Shown here: positions 10,389 through 21,109 of the stretch, one piece after another
Position numbering within the stretch: the first letter of the stretch is position 1
Layout: each line of letters begins with the position of its first letter
Source: Thermoplasmata archaeon
GTDB lineage: Archaea; Thermoplasmatota; Thermoplasmata; Thermoplasmatales; GCA-001856825
Direction: 5' to 3'
Assembly: GCA_021792255.1 (NCBI GenBank)
Contig: JAJYUZ010000001.1
Span: 384,001-448,000 of the forward strand
Length of the DNA: 64,000 bases
Made by a program: the position numbers and the translations under genes
Notes under the pieces: model-generated
Told to the model about the DNA's origin: nothing
Seen by the model: only the letters and a program-made list of their open reading frames with translations
Database searches by the model: none

Positions 10389-12401
10389 ATGTACCTATTT
10401 TCTATCCTACTTCTGGTCGGTATATTGATTTCTGGCGGACTTTTTCTCTTCCAGGTATCCAGACTCCTCTGGAATATGGCAAGGGTTTCAACTAAAAAAA
10501 CTGCAATAGGCAAGAACGTCCTTTACAGAGTCTTTCTTGGTCTTAGGAATGTGATTTTTCAGGGCAAGCTATTCAAGGACTTCGGAGGGGGAATCATGCA
10601 TGCCTTGATGTTCTGGGGATTCCTTGCATTTGCTTTTTATTCCATCGACGTTTTCCTTACTGGATTAAATCCATCGTCGACATTCTTCCTTACTGGCTGG
10701 CCTGAGTATGCCATCTTTTTCACAGTCGATGTCTTCGCCATAATCGTAGTCGCAGACGTGGTCTATGCTGTGGTCAGGAGGTGGGTAGTGAGAGTGAAAA
10801 GGTATCAGGGGTACAACGGCTTTGAGGCCTCATTCATCCTCTTTCTGATAGCAAGTCTGATGGTCAGTTATTTGATTCTCTCCGCTCTTAGAATCGACGG
10901 ATACACGCATGGAATACCTGGAGAAGTCATGGGAAATCTTCCCGCTTCGGTCACCCCGATCAGTGCCATTGTAGCCTCTATAATTCCATCCATTTCGCTT
11001 TCATCAGCGGTCGATCTCTACTGGTCAATCTGGTCATTCCACGTAATCATTTTCCTAGTATTTCTAGCGTACATTCCTTCGTCTAAGCATCTCCACCTTG
11101 TGGCAGCCCCGTTCAACGTCCTGCTTACAGATGAAAAGCCAAGGGGCCAGCTTTCCTACATAGATTTTGAAAAGGAGACAAAGTTTGGGGCGACGGACAT
11201 AAGGGACTTTAGCTGGAAGGACTACCTCGACTTTTATTCCTGTACCGAGTGCGGACGATGCACCGCAGCCTGTCCTGCAAACCTTACCGGAAAGACGCTC
11301 TCTCCGAGAGACATAATCTGGGATCTGAGGATGGCCCTTTTGGATCAGGGAAACGAAATAAGGCGCCACGACAAGAGTAAGCCAGACGAGGTCTTCAAGA
11401 CTGTACTGAACAACGTCATCAAAGAGGAGGATCTGTGGTCCTGTACCACCTGCAGCGCGTGCGTTGAAGAATGTCCGGTTATGATAAACCACGTCGACAA
11501 GATCGTCGATATGAGAAGGTCCCTGGTTCTCAATCAGGGCAGCGCTCCAAAGGGTATTACGGACATGTACGCCAACATGGAATCCTACCAGAGTCCTTGG
11601 ACGAATGACCCATCGACGAGAGCGGACTGGGCAAAGGGTCTAAACGTACCCGACTTATCAAAGAATCCTGGTCAGAAATTCGAGTACCTCTTCTGGGTGG
11701 GCTGCTCTGGCAGCTACGACCCAAGAAACCAAGAGATTTCCAAAGCTCTCGTAAAAGTATTCGAGAAAGCTGGCGTCTCATATGCCATCCTGGGAACGGA
11801 AGAGAAATGCACGGGCGATCCGGCTAGGAGATCCGGAAATGAATACCAATTCCAATCTCTGCAGACACAAAATGTCGAGACCTTCCAGAAGTACGGTGTG
11901 AAGAAGGTAGTGACGATGTGCCCTCACTGTTTCAACACTTTCAAGAACGAATACAATACGAAAGTGAATTTGGAAGTGGTACACCACACAGAATTCATCG
12001 ATTCCCTACTCAAAGAAGGAAAAATTTCTTTGAAGGAGAAAACGGAGACTGAGAAATTCACCTATCACGACTCTTGCTATCTCGGAAGATACAACAGAGT
12101 TTTTGACGCCCCTAGAAACATCATCGGAAGGGTGACCTCAAACTACCAAGAGATGGAGATGAACAAGACAAAGGGTCTCTGTTGCGGAGCAGGAGGTGCG
12201 AGAATGTGGATGGAAGAGAATGTAGGAACGAAGATATCGCACAAAAGGATCGAGCAAGCCGATAAGATAAATGCGTCTGTAGTAGTGACAGCCTGCCCTT
12301 ACTGCATGTCTATGCTAGACGATGCAAGGAAAGTGACTAACAAAGAAGAGAAAATGAAAGTCAAGGATATTGCAGAGCTGGTCGCAGAAAACCTGTCATA
12401 G
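10389..12401 (+). CDS. Membrane-bound Fe-S oxidoreductase (FadF/EtfD-like, HdrE-HdrD-type fusion)
   Basis: N-terminal multi-TM domain with His residues, CTECGRCTAAC and CTTCSACVEEC 4Fe-4S motifs, two CCG-type domains. Confidence 0.85.
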   Translation: MYLFSILLLVGILISGGLFLFQVSRLLWNMARVSTKKTAIGKNVLYRVFLGLRNVIFQGKLFKDFGGGIMHALMFWGFLAFAFYSIDVFLTGLNPSSTFFLTGWPEYAIFFTVDVFAIIVVADVVYAVVRRWVVRVKRYQGYNGFEASFILFLIASLMVSYLILSALRIDGYTHGIPGEVMGNLPASVTPISAIVASIIPSISLSSAVDLYWSIWSFHVIIFLVFLAYIPSSKHLHLVAAPFNVLLTDEKPRGQLSYIDFEKETKFGATDIRDFSWKDYLDFYSCTECGRCTAACPANLTGKTLSPRDIIWDLRMALLDQGNEIRRHDKSKPDEVFKTVLNNVIKEEDLWSCTTCSACVEECPVMINHVDKIVDMRRSLVLNQGSAPKGITDMYANMESYQSPWTNDPSTRADWAKGLNVPDLSKNPGQKFEYLFWVGCSGSYDPRNQEISKALVKVFEKAGVSYAILGTEEKCTGDPARRSGNEYQFQSLQTQNVETFQKYGVKKVVTMCPHCFNTFKNEYNTKVNLEVVHHTEFIDSLLKEGKISLKEKTETEKFTYHDSCYLGRYNRVFDAPRNIIGRVTSNYQEMEMNKTKGLCCGAGGARMWMEENVGTKISHKRIEQADKINASVVVTACPYCMSMLDDARKVTNKEEKMKVKDIAELVAENLS

Positions 12402-13283
12402 GTGTGACATAATTTTCGGAACCACTTGATAGAGGTCTCCTACGATACCGTAGTCGGCTTCTTGGAAGATGGGTGCGTTCTTGTCTTTGTTGACTGCTAC
12501 TACCACCTTTGAGCCTCTCATTCCAGCTATGTGCTGTATTTGCCCAGAAATCCCGAGGGCTACGTAGACCTTTGGCTTGACCGTTCTACCAGAGTACCCA
12601 ACCTGTCTGTCTTCTGACAACCAGTGGTAATCTAGGCATACCGGTCTTGATCCCGCAAATTCTCCTTTCACTGCTTTGACGAATGGATCTATCTGTTGGA
12701 TTCCCTCCTTCTTTCCTAACCCTCTACCAACGGCGACTATTATATTCGCCTTCTCCAGATTGACTTCCTTTTCTTTTTTCATTTCGATTTCAAGGATCTT
12801 GACCGCCCCTTCTGGAATACTCCTCGTCTCTTTGGGAGAAACCCCGTCACCCGGAACGTCTTCGGAGATCCCGGTGAGAAAAGTGAAAACTTTGGATTTG
12901 GATTCCTCCTCCAAAACTGCCTTCCCACCGAGTCCGTACCTTTTCGTTATGACCGTGGTTTCGTTGAATTTTAGGTCAAATATTTCTGGAGTGACTTCGA
13001 GTGACTTCTGACCGGAAAATAGTGATGCTATATCCCTTCCAAGCACAGTAGATGCTATCAAAATATAGTCATAACCTCCGTTCGAAAATTCATCAGAAAG
13101 AATTGAAGCGATTCCCTTAGGATCTGGTTTCCCTTCTAGGAGGAGGACTTTTTGTGCACCATACTTTGAAATGGACTCATTCCTCTCGGTTGATGAGAGA
13201 ACGAAATCTCCTTTTCCTCTCAGGAAGGTCATTACCTGTTTCGCGCTATCTTCGCTGTCAGAGAATATCAAGAATTTCATCAC
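12396..13283 (-). CDS. etfA: Electron transfer flavoprotein alpha subunit
   Basis: GRG, SRP, QVGYSG, GISGQIQHIAGM, NKDKNAPIF motifs. Confidence 0.93.
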   Translation of the reverse strand: MMKFLIFSDSEDSAKQVMTFLRGKGDFVLSSTERNESISKYGAQKVLLLEGKPDPKGIASILSDEFSNGGYDYILIASTVLGRDIASLFSGQKSLEVTPEIFDLKFNETTVITKRYGLGGKAVLEEESKSKVFTFLTGISEDVPGDGVSPKETRSIPEGAVKILEIEMKKEKEVNLEKANIIVAVGRGLGKKEGIQQIDPFVKAVKGEFAGSRPVCLDYHWLSEDRQVGYSGRTVKPKVYVALGISGQIQHIAGMRGSKVVVAVNKDKNAPIFQEADYGIVGDLYQVVPKIMSHL

Positions 13284-14026
13284 ATGGCCTCCTTTAACAC
13301 TTTAGCTACTTCTTGTGCTCCCTTGTCAACGTCCTCGAACGTCAATCTCTTTCTGTCGCTCTTTGGGGCTTTCCTGGAAATCGTCCTGAAGGTACTATCT
13401 AACTTGATGGAAGATTGTTCAGTGTTTATGGCCTTCTTTCCAGCCTTGATAATTTGCAGCACTGGTGGAAATCTAGGCTCGTTCGTTTCTTGGGTTACGG
13501 AGATGACTACTGGCATTGAAGTTTCTAATTTGATTACCTCTTTTTCAGTAGCTGTGCTCGCCTTCACAATCTTTTCTGCAGTATCAATGGAGATTACGTT
13601 AGGCAATAACGGAACGTTCAACTCGGTCGCTACTAATCCAGGCAATAAGCCGCTCATAGAGTCAGCCGACTGATTTCCAAGCACCACGAGATCGTAGTGC
13701 AGTTGCTTTATCTTTTGGGCTAGCACCTTTGCAGTTAGAGTTGGATTGTTCCCAGTGTATCCGGTTATGAGGTATCCATCGTCCACCCCCATGGCATACG
13801 CCTCTTTCATTACCTGGGTTCCCCTCTCATTCCCAAAAAGTATGGCCGATACCTTCCCCCCATTCTTCTCCTTGATCCTAACAGCAGCCTCCACAGAATT
13901 CTTGCTTAGGTTCTCTAGCTTGAAAGGCACTCCTTCGGTTATAGGTTCTCCCGTCGTTTGATCCACTTTTACAAGTTCTAAATCAGGGATTTGTTTAATA
14001 AGCACGATGATGTCGTATGGCATCAC
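13280..14026 (-). CDS. etfB: Electron transfer flavoprotein beta subunit
   Basis: KQIPD, AYAMGVD, GNQSAD, NEPRFP motifs; overlaps etfA. Confidence 0.92.
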   Translation of the reverse strand: MMPYDIIVLIKQIPDLELVKVDQTTGEPITEGVPFKLENLSKNSVEAAVRIKEKNGGKVSAILFGNERGTQVMKEAYAMGVDDGYLITGYTGNNPTLTAKVLAQKIKQLHYDLVVLGNQSADSMSGLLPGLVATELNVPLLPNVISIDTAEKIVKASTATEKEVIKLETSMPVVISVTQETNEPRFPPVLQIIKAGKKAINTEQSSIKLDSTFRTISRKAPKSDRKRLTFEDVDKGAQEVAKVLKEAM

Positions 14027-14341
14027 AAACCACCGTTTCTGTTATGCGCTCTTACAATATTATCCTTGCTTTCAGCCAGAAGATTTAGAATTCACTTTTG
14101 AAGCGTGCTTCAGACTCGCCGAACAATTCGCCTTCTGAATCGACAGCAAACAGACTTAACTCAAGATAGGACATCGCTACCCGATTGGTGACTTTTAAAG
14201 CGTCCTGTTGTTTGACAGTGGTCATGAGAAGTCGGATCAATCCGCCAATAAGGATGCCTAAAATATTTAGTCGATGCTCAACGGCGTGGCACAGACGTTA
14301 AAGGATTATATATTCGTCTTGATTCTTTAAGTGTAATACTT

Positions 14342-15532
14342 ATGCAAAATAATGAAGTCTATTTGGTCTATTACAAAAGAACCCCATTTTCAAAGTCCAA
14401 ACCTAGCGATCCTACGAAGGATGTTTTTAATAGTATCCGTATGGACGAAGCTCTTGCAGAACTAATGAAAGATTCTGTAAAGACGACCGGTGTGAAATCG
14501 ACCGAAATAAATGACGTCATCCTAGGCTCCGCATTACAAGTTGGGGAGAACTGGATGTACGGCGGAAGACAGCCGGTCTTGCTCGCGGGGTTTCCTGTGG
14601 AAGTTCCCGCAATGGCAATGGACAGGGCGTGCTCATCATCGCTGAATGCAATTACCATTGGTGCAATGGAAATAATGACCGGCAACTCTGAAATTGTCCT
14701 CGCCGGCGGGATGGAACATATGACACACGTTCCGCTCAGTGACAACCAGATGGTCAGCCCTAACCTCAAGTTGCTCCTCAGACCGGAGTACATGAAATAC
14801 GACATGAAGACCGCTTTCAGCATGGGATTGACCGCCGAAAAACTGGCAAAAATGAAAGGAATTCCCAGAGAAGAGATGGATCAGTTTTCATATGAAAGTC
14901 ACAAACTGGCTTCTCAGGCACAAGATAGTGGTTACTTCAAGGACGAAATACTACCGACCGAGGTTGAGTTCGAAGGGGAAACCAAAATTATTGATAAAGA
15001 TCAGAGCATAAGAAAAGATATCTCGATTGAGACGGTGAAAAAACTTCCTCCCGCTTTCAAGGAAGGAGGAGTTATCACTGCTGGAAATTCATCTCCACTA
15101 AACGCAGGTGCTTCTCTTGTAATGTTGGTGTCTGGAAAAAAGGTCAAAGAGTACGGCCTAAAACCTCTTTCAAAAGTGAGCACATTTGGCTGGGCAGCCG
15201 TCGATCCATCGATAATGGGAGAGGGTCCTGTACCTGCATCAAAAAAACTTCTAGCAAAAGCGGGACTGACTTCAGACGATATAGACCTATGGGAAATAAA
15301 TGAGGCGTTTGCAGTCGTAGTGCTGAATGCAATGAAAGAGCTGAACATCTCTAGGAACAAGGTCAACGTTAAAGGAGGAGCGATAGCAATAGGGCACCCG
15401 CTTGGAGCTTCCGGAGCGAGACTTGCTGGGACACTGTCACGACTCCTGAACACGAACGGAAAGGAGAAAGGTATTGCTACCCTTTGCGTAGGTGGAGGAC
15501 AAGGATATTCTGTACTTTTAGAGAAGGTGTAA
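14342..15532 (+). CDS. Acetyl-CoA C-acyltransferase (thiolase)
   Basis: DRACSSS, NEAF, GHPLGASG and CVGGGQG catalytic motifs. Confidence 0.95.
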   Translation: MQNNEVYLVYYKRTPFSKSKPSDPTKDVFNSIRMDEALAELMKDSVKTTGVKSTEINDVILGSALQVGENWMYGGRQPVLLAGFPVEVPAMAMDRACSSSLNAITIGAMEIMTGNSEIVLAGGMEHMTHVPLSDNQMVSPNLKLLLRPEYMKYDMKTAFSMGLTAEKLAKMKGIPREEMDQFSYESHKLASQAQDSGYFKDEILPTEVEFEGETKIIDKDQSIRKDISIETVKKLPPAFKEGGVITAGNSSPLNAGASLVMLVSGKKVKEYGLKPLSKVSTFGWAAVDPSIMGEGPVPASKKLLAKAGLTSDDIDLWEINEAFAVVVLNAMKELNISRNKVNVKGGAIAIGHPLGASGARLAGTLSRLLNTNGKEKGIATLCVGGGQGYSVLLEKV

Positions 15533-15534
15533 AA

Positions 15535-16662
15535 ATGGATTTTGAATTAAGTGATGATGTAAAAGGGGCCATCGCAAGGGCCAAGGATTTTGCTGACAAA
15601 TATTTCACCGAAGAGATTGCTGAAAGGGCGGATTCGGAGGAGCAATTTCCATCCGATATTGTAGCGATTTCTAAAAAAGAGAAGATACTCGATTTCTCAA
15701 ACCCGTGGCAAGTTCTTGTTACAATAGAGGAACTAGTCAGAAGAGACCCAGGACTGGGAATATCTGTAACCATTTCGGCTTTTGGTGCTGAGATCTTCAT
15801 GTTCTTTGGAAACGATGCTCAAAAGGAGAAGTACATGAATCCAGTCTTTGCCGGGAAAAAGTCTCTCGGTCTCGGCGTAACAGAGGCTAGTGGTGGTTCA
15901 GATGTTGCGAGCATCACGACTGAAGCCAAACTTGACGGGGATTCCTATATTCTGAATGGCGGAAAGATGTTCATAAGCAATGGGCAGATCGCAGACAACT
16001 TCCTCGTACTTGCAAGGACCAGTCCTGCGCCATCTCCAGAAAAGAAACACAGAGGACTGAGCGTTTTCGTGGTCGATGCAAAATCGCCTGGATTTGGTAT
16101 AAACAAGCTTCACGGAAAGCTTGGTGTAAGAGCCACTAATACTGCAGAACTCATCTTCGATAATGTGAGGGTACCAAAAGAAAATATGGTCGGAGAGGAA
16201 GGGAAGGGATTCTACTACATTATGACCTTTTTCAATATAAGCAGAATATACGTTGCTGCACAGGGCCTTGGTATTGCCCACGGAGCTCTGGATCGACTTA
16301 TCGAGTACTCAAAGAAGTACGCTGATCACTCCGAAACGGGGGAACTGAAAGAGGACATGCAACTAGCTATTGCGGAAATAGCGACAAGAGTAGAAGCAAC
16401 TCGAAACATCACCTATAAGGCAGCCTCTTACCTATTCAAATTCACACCAAATCCGATCGTGACTAGCATGGCAAAGTTCTATGCTGCAGAATCCGCAGTG
16501 TTCTCAACCCAGAAGGCCATGGAACTGATGTCGCTACACGGACTGACGAGTGATCTGGAGAGATTCTTCAGAGACGCCAAAATTCTCGACATTTGGGAAG
16601 GTACCACTGAGGTAGAGAAACTTATAATCACGAGGATGATGCTGAAGGAAGGAGGAGCGTGA
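15535..16662 (+). CDS. Acyl-CoA dehydrogenase
   Basis: TEASGGSD, KMFISNG, KLGVRA, IWEGTTE with catalytic Glu; ATG 15535 follows the thiolase stop. Confidence 0.93.
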   Translation: MDFELSDDVKGAIARAKDFADKYFTEEIAERADSEEQFPSDIVAISKKEKILDFSNPWQVLVTIEELVRRDPGLGISVTISAFGAEIFMFFGNDAQKEKYMNPVFAGKKSLGLGVTEASGGSDVASITTEAKLDGDSYILNGGKMFISNGQIADNFLVLARTSPAPSPEKKHRGLSVFVVDAKSPGFGINKLHGKLGVRATNTAELIFDNVRVPKENMVGEEGKGFYYIMTFFNISRIYVAAQGLGIAHGALDRLIEYSKKYADHSETGELKEDMQLAIAEIATRVEATRNITYKAASYLFKFTPNPIVTSMAKFYAAESAVFSTQKAMELMSLHGLTSDLERFFRDAKILDIWEGTTEVEKLIITRMMLKEGGA

Positions 16663-16667
16663 CCTAG

Positions 16668-17705
16668 ATGGAAGAAGAGTACGAAATTCTAGAAAATACT
16701 GTTAAAGATTTCAATACCAAGTATGTGGACAACAATTCGATGAAACTCGAAAACGATGAGATGGGAAAGGAGTTTGTCAAGATGCTGGCTGATCAGGGGT
16801 TCCTTTCAATGACTTATCAGCCGGGAGCAGGCAAGAATACAGACATCAAAGCGTTCTCAATTGTTCTTGAAAATCTTGCCAAGTCAGCTCCGGCAATATC
16901 TCTGAAGACCCTGCTTACAAATTCGTTCTTGAGCATAGTGAATGAACAAAGCATTCTTGATGAAGTCGCAAAAGGTGAGAAGTCGGGGACCGTCACCTTT
17001 TCTGATCTCCTGGTTGGTAAGGGTCAAAATGGTAAGCTTTTGATCGAAAATAACAGAGTCAAAGGAGAAAAACAATTCGTGCTTGGAAGCGATTCCGATT
17101 TCATCGTGACAACTTTAGATACTGGAGAACTGGTCTTACTCAGATCCGGATTTAAGGTAGGAAAGAAACACAAGAGGTTGGGATTCAGGAGTGTAGGATT
17201 CGCTAGCATTGTTGTAGACTCTGACGATTTCAAGGTAATAGATAAGGATGGAACAAGGATGCTCCAAAAATTGTACGAAGATCTTTCCGTTCCTGTCGCA
17301 GCGATGTCCCTGGGAATGAGCGAAGGAGTGTCTCAAAAAGCTCTTGATTATGCAAAGGTCAGAACTGCTTTCGGGCATTACCTGAAAGACTTCCAACCGC
17401 TAGCCTTTGAGTTGACTTCTCAGATCGCGGAAATGGAGATCCTGAAGAAGTATTTCCACGACATTGTTTCCTCCACCGTCAATCAGAAGGAGGCGATGTT
17501 TCTGAAGGTCAAGGCCCTAGCTCTTGCAAAGGACATCAGCAAAACGTCGCTCCAGATTCATGGAGGCTATGGTTATCTTGAAGACTTTGGAGTCGAGAAA
17601 TTCTACAGAGATTCAATGGCACTATCGGTCCTGTTCCACCACGAAGAAAAGGACATGGAGAAGCTCTCGGGAATGGTCTTTGAATCAAGGGCGGGGTTCG
17701 TCTAA
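16668..17705 (+). CDS. Acyl-CoA dehydrogenase-like protein, degenerate (possible partner subunit)
   Basis: RTAFG, QIHGGYGY and EKFYRD present; TEPxxGSD and IxEGT motifs absent. Confidence 0.8.
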   Translation: MEEEYEILENTVKDFNTKYVDNNSMKLENDEMGKEFVKMLADQGFLSMTYQPGAGKNTDIKAFSIVLENLAKSAPAISLKTLLTNSFLSIVNEQSILDEVAKGEKSGTVTFSDLLVGKGQNGKLLIENNRVKGEKQFVLGSDSDFIVTTLDTGELVLLRSGFKVGKKHKRLGFRSVGFASIVVDSDDFKVIDKDGTRMLQKLYEDLSVPVAAMSLGMSEGVSQKALDYAKVRTAFGHYLKDFQPLAFELTSQIAEMEILKKYFHDIVSSTVNQKEAMFLKVKALALAKDISKTSLQIHGGYGYLEDFGVEKFYRDSMALSVLFHHEEKDMEKLSGMVFESRAGFV

Positions 17706-17853
17706 GGTACTGGTTTACGATTTGAAACTGAATCACTTCGTGATGGTCGTCATGAAGTGATTTACTCTTTTTTGTAAATATTCAGTAACGGGAATTAGCC
17801 ACAGCTCGAGCGTTCAATTGAAGGAATACGCCAATTTGTTCAACTCTGCAGCG

Positions 17854-19512
17854 TCACTGTGACCTGAGTTCTCTCCTCAATATTTTTCCTACCAGTGTCT
17901 TGGGCAAATCCTTTCTGAATTCCACGTATCTCGGTATCTTGAACTTGGCTATTTTTCCCTGGAAGAAATCCTTGATTTCTTGTTCGGTTGAGGTTTCTCC
18001 ATCCTTAAGGACAACAAACGCCTTCACTACTTCGCCGTGGGCAGCTTCTTTTACTCCGATGGCCGCAGCTTCCTTCACCTTTGGATTTTGGTACAGTATT
18101 TCTTCCACTTCTCGTGGATACACATTGAATCCTCCAACGATAATCACGTCCTTCTTCCTATCCACTATGTAGAAATAGCCTTCCTCATCCATCTTTGCTA
18201 TGTCTCCCGTATACAGCCAGCCGTCCTTTAGAACTCCCGCCGTTTCTTCCGATTCCTTGTAGTACCCTTCCATGACCTGAGGACCCTTTATTATTAGTTC
18301 ACCTTCAGCGTTGATCGGCATTTCTTTGTCCCCGTTTTCTGCATCTACTATCCTCGCATAGGTCGAAGGAACGGGAAGTCCTATAGAACCGGGCTTTATC
18401 TTGCCGAATAGTGGATTTACGTGAGTGACCGGTGAAGCTTCAGTAAGCCCATAGCCTTCCACCAGATGTCCTCCCGTGATCTTGTCCCATTTTTCGATTA
18501 TCTCTACCGGGAGCGAGGCAGAACCGGAAATGCAGTACTGTACTGACTTCATGTCCACCTTTTGAAGATCCTTGTGCAAGAGAATACTCGAGTAGAGAGT
18601 CGGAACACCGGGGAAAAATGTCGGGTGGTATTTTTTGATTAGCTTGAGTATGCCGTCCACTTCGGGTTTTGGTTGAAGAATCATCGTCGCTCCTATCTTG
18701 ATCGGGAAGTTCATGGCTATGGTCATCCCAAAAACGTGAAAGAATGGAATGACGCTCAACATAGAATCCTTGCCGAACTTCTGATCGGGTATCGTGGCAA
18801 TCGATTGAATTGTGTTGGACACAAGATTTCTGTTCGTAAGCATTGCGCCTTTCGGCGTTCCTGTCGTTCCTCCAGTGTACTGGAGAACCGCGAGAGAGCT
18901 GGGATCGTTGTTTTCTTCTGAATCCCCCTTGAATTTCTGATGCTCGTTGAACTTCTTGAACCTATCTGGGATCTTGACGAATTTCTTACCCAGTCTTCGC
19001 TGAAGCCCATAAAGGAAGTTGAGCGGGAAGGCGAGATAATCTTCAATTCTCGTCGCGACCACGACCAGGTCAGGGAATTTCTTCAGTGTTTCTTCTATCC
19101 TGGGTAAGAGGTCGTCAAAGATAATAAGCACTTTAGCGCCTGAGTTCCCGATTATCCGGTCTATTTCTACCTCAAAATATGTGGGCGAGATCTGAGTTAC
19201 AACTGCCCCGATCTTGTTTATTGCAAAGAATGCAATTATGTATTGAGGGCAATTTGGAAGGTCCACTGCTACTTTGTCGCCTTTATTGATACCCAGTGAC
19301 TTCAGGTATGCTGAAAACGAATCGACCCTCTCTTTCAACTCGCCATATTTGATCTTGTAATTGAAAAACACTACTGCCATTCGGTCTGGAATGCTGGTCG
19401 CACTATATTTAAGGAAATCGTACGGCTTCGAATCTTTGCATTCAATGTCTGCAGGGACTCCTTTATCATATGATTTCAACCAAATTCGGTCGCTCTCTGA
19501 AGATTGTCGCAC
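17854..19512 (-). CDS. fadD: Long-chain fatty-acid--CoA ligase
   Basis: YTGGTTGTPKG AMP-binding loop, EGYGLTE, TGD, LPKTLVGK. Confidence 0.92.
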   Translation of the reverse strand: MRQSSESDRIWLKSYDKGVPADIECKDSKPYDFLKYSATSIPDRMAVVFFNYKIKYGELKERVDSFSAYLKSLGINKGDKVAVDLPNCPQYIIAFFAINKIGAVVTQISPTYFEVEIDRIIGNSGAKVLIIFDDLLPRIEETLKKFPDLVVVATRIEDYLAFPLNFLYGLQRRLGKKFVKIPDRFKKFNEHQKFKGDSEENNDPSSLAVLQYTGGTTGTPKGAMLTNRNLVSNTIQSIATIPDQKFGKDSMLSVIPFFHVFGMTIAMNFPIKIGATMILQPKPEVDGILKLIKKYHPTFFPGVPTLYSSILLHKDLQKVDMKSVQYCISGSASLPVEIIEKWDKITGGHLVEGYGLTEASPVTHVNPLFGKIKPGSIGLPVPSTYARIVDAENGDKEMPINAEGELIIKGPQVMEGYYKESEETAGVLKDGWLYTGDIAKMDEEGYFYIVDRKKDVIIVGGFNVYPREVEEILYQNPKVKEAAAIGVKEAAHGEVVKAFVVLKDGETSTEQEIKDFFQGKIAKFKIPRYVEFRKDLPKTLVGKILRRELRSQ

Positions 19513-19750
19513 AATACAAAAAGTTGTCCGATAATTAAAGGTATCGATGAGATTCGCTAATTAACCTTAAGAAATTTTGGCATACTATACTTGAATATTT
19601 TGAGTTCTTTACCATAAGCTGTTAGGTACTTTGGAAAAGTGGTGTACTATCGCTTATTCCAAAAAAAAGGATGAGGAATTATTGACACTATTTTTATGGT
19701 ACTTCTAAATTGCATTACGCTAGATAATCGAAACTCTGGTTGGTGAAAAA

Positions 19751-21013
19751 ATGGAAGATTTTCTGCTTAATGAAAAGGAAAGAAGAACAAAATATGACGT
19801 GAGGAAAACGGTCAAATCGGTTCCCCACGAATTGATAAGAAGAATAGAGAAGGAAGAAATAGTCTTTCCAAAGGAGTTCATAGATTTGATCACTGGGGCG
19901 GGAATAGTTGGCCTGAGATTCCCAGAAATCTATGGCGGCAGGGAAAGTACTTGGACGGGAGAGGTGGCGGCGGTAGAAGAGATGGGTTACCTTGGATTCA
20001 CGCTGAGTTGCATGTATTCTCTTGGAACGATCGTAGGTGAGCCAATCTTCAGGTTCGGGACAAAACAACAAAAGGAAACTTACTTGAGAGGCATAACGAA
20101 GGGCAACAAGTACGGAGCTGAGGCAATCACCGAACCCTCAGGAGGTTCAGACCTTTTTGGAATGATGCACTCGGCCGCCGATAAGAGAGGAAACAAGTTT
20201 ATTCTGAATGGACAGAAACGCTTCATAGTCGGAGGTAAAGGGGCGGATTTCTTTGTCACTTACGCAATAACGGACAAGAATGCCAAATCGAGGACCAGAG
20301 GGATTAGCGCCTTCATCGTAGACAGAGATACTCCTGGACTAAAGGTAGAGACAATGTATGGTCTTATGGGTAACAAGGGAGGAGGAACGGCGAGAATAGT
20401 TTTCAAAGATGCAGAGGTTCCAGAAGAGAACCTGATAGGAGAATTGAACGGAGGCTATGACATTTTCAACAGGATGATGGTTCCAGAAAGGTTGACGACA
20501 GCCGCTGGCTCGATCGGAGTAAGCATGGCAGCACTTGAGGTCGCAACTGCTTACACGCTAAAGAGAGAATCTTTCGGAAAGAAATTGATTGAGCACGAAG
20601 GAATCAGCTTTAAACTCGCCGAGAGCCTGGCATTAGTCCAGAGTGCTTCCTCGATGGTTTATGTTGCTAGCAGGGCAGCAGACCTGCTGGAAGAAGGAAA
20701 GACGACGCTTCCGTATGTCAGAAAACTGGTATCCATTGCTAAACTTCAATCTACCGAGGCAATGTGGAAAATAGTGAACGATTCGATGCAAATGCTAGGC
20801 GGCATTGGATACACGACCGTCTATCCTGTCGAAAGACTCCTGAGGGATTCGAGACTGGGCTTAATCTGGACTGGGAGCAGTGAAGTCATGAAGATGATCA
20901 TACAGCACGAATTTCTGAAAGAGTATACGGACAAGAATTATGCGGTTACGAAGAGGGATATAGAAAAGGACGCACTAGATTTCAAGCTGGAAGAGGAAAA
21001 GGTCTATAACTGA
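19751..21013 (+). CDS. Acyl-CoA dehydrogenase
   Basis: TEPSGGSD, KRFIVGG, RESFG, QMLGGIGY, RDSR; IWTG instead of IxEG, so the catalytic Glu is probably in PERL. Confidence 0.9.
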   Translation: MEDFLLNEKERRTKYDVRKTVKSVPHELIRRIEKEEIVFPKEFIDLITGAGIVGLRFPEIYGGRESTWTGEVAAVEEMGYLGFTLSCMYSLGTIVGEPIFRFGTKQQKETYLRGITKGNKYGAEAITEPSGGSDLFGMMHSAADKRGNKFILNGQKRFIVGGKGADFFVTYAITDKNAKSRTRGISAFIVDRDTPGLKVETMYGLMGNKGGGTARIVFKDAEVPEENLIGELNGGYDIFNRMMVPERLTTAAGSIGVSMAALEVATAYTLKRESFGKKLIEHEGISFKLAESLALVQSASSMVYVASRAADLLEEGKTTLPYVRKLVSIAKLQSTEAMWKIVNDSMQMLGGIGYTTVYPVERLLRDSRLGLIWTGSSEVMKMIIQHEFLKEYTDKNYAVTKRDIEKDALDFKLEEEKVYN

Positions 21014-21109
21014 CTGCTGCCCTTCCACTTTTTTTCTTTCAAAGAAAAAATGGTATTTTTGACTGTGCAACTGGAGGGATCATGTCTCCCTTGCGCGATA
21101 GAAAAATAT

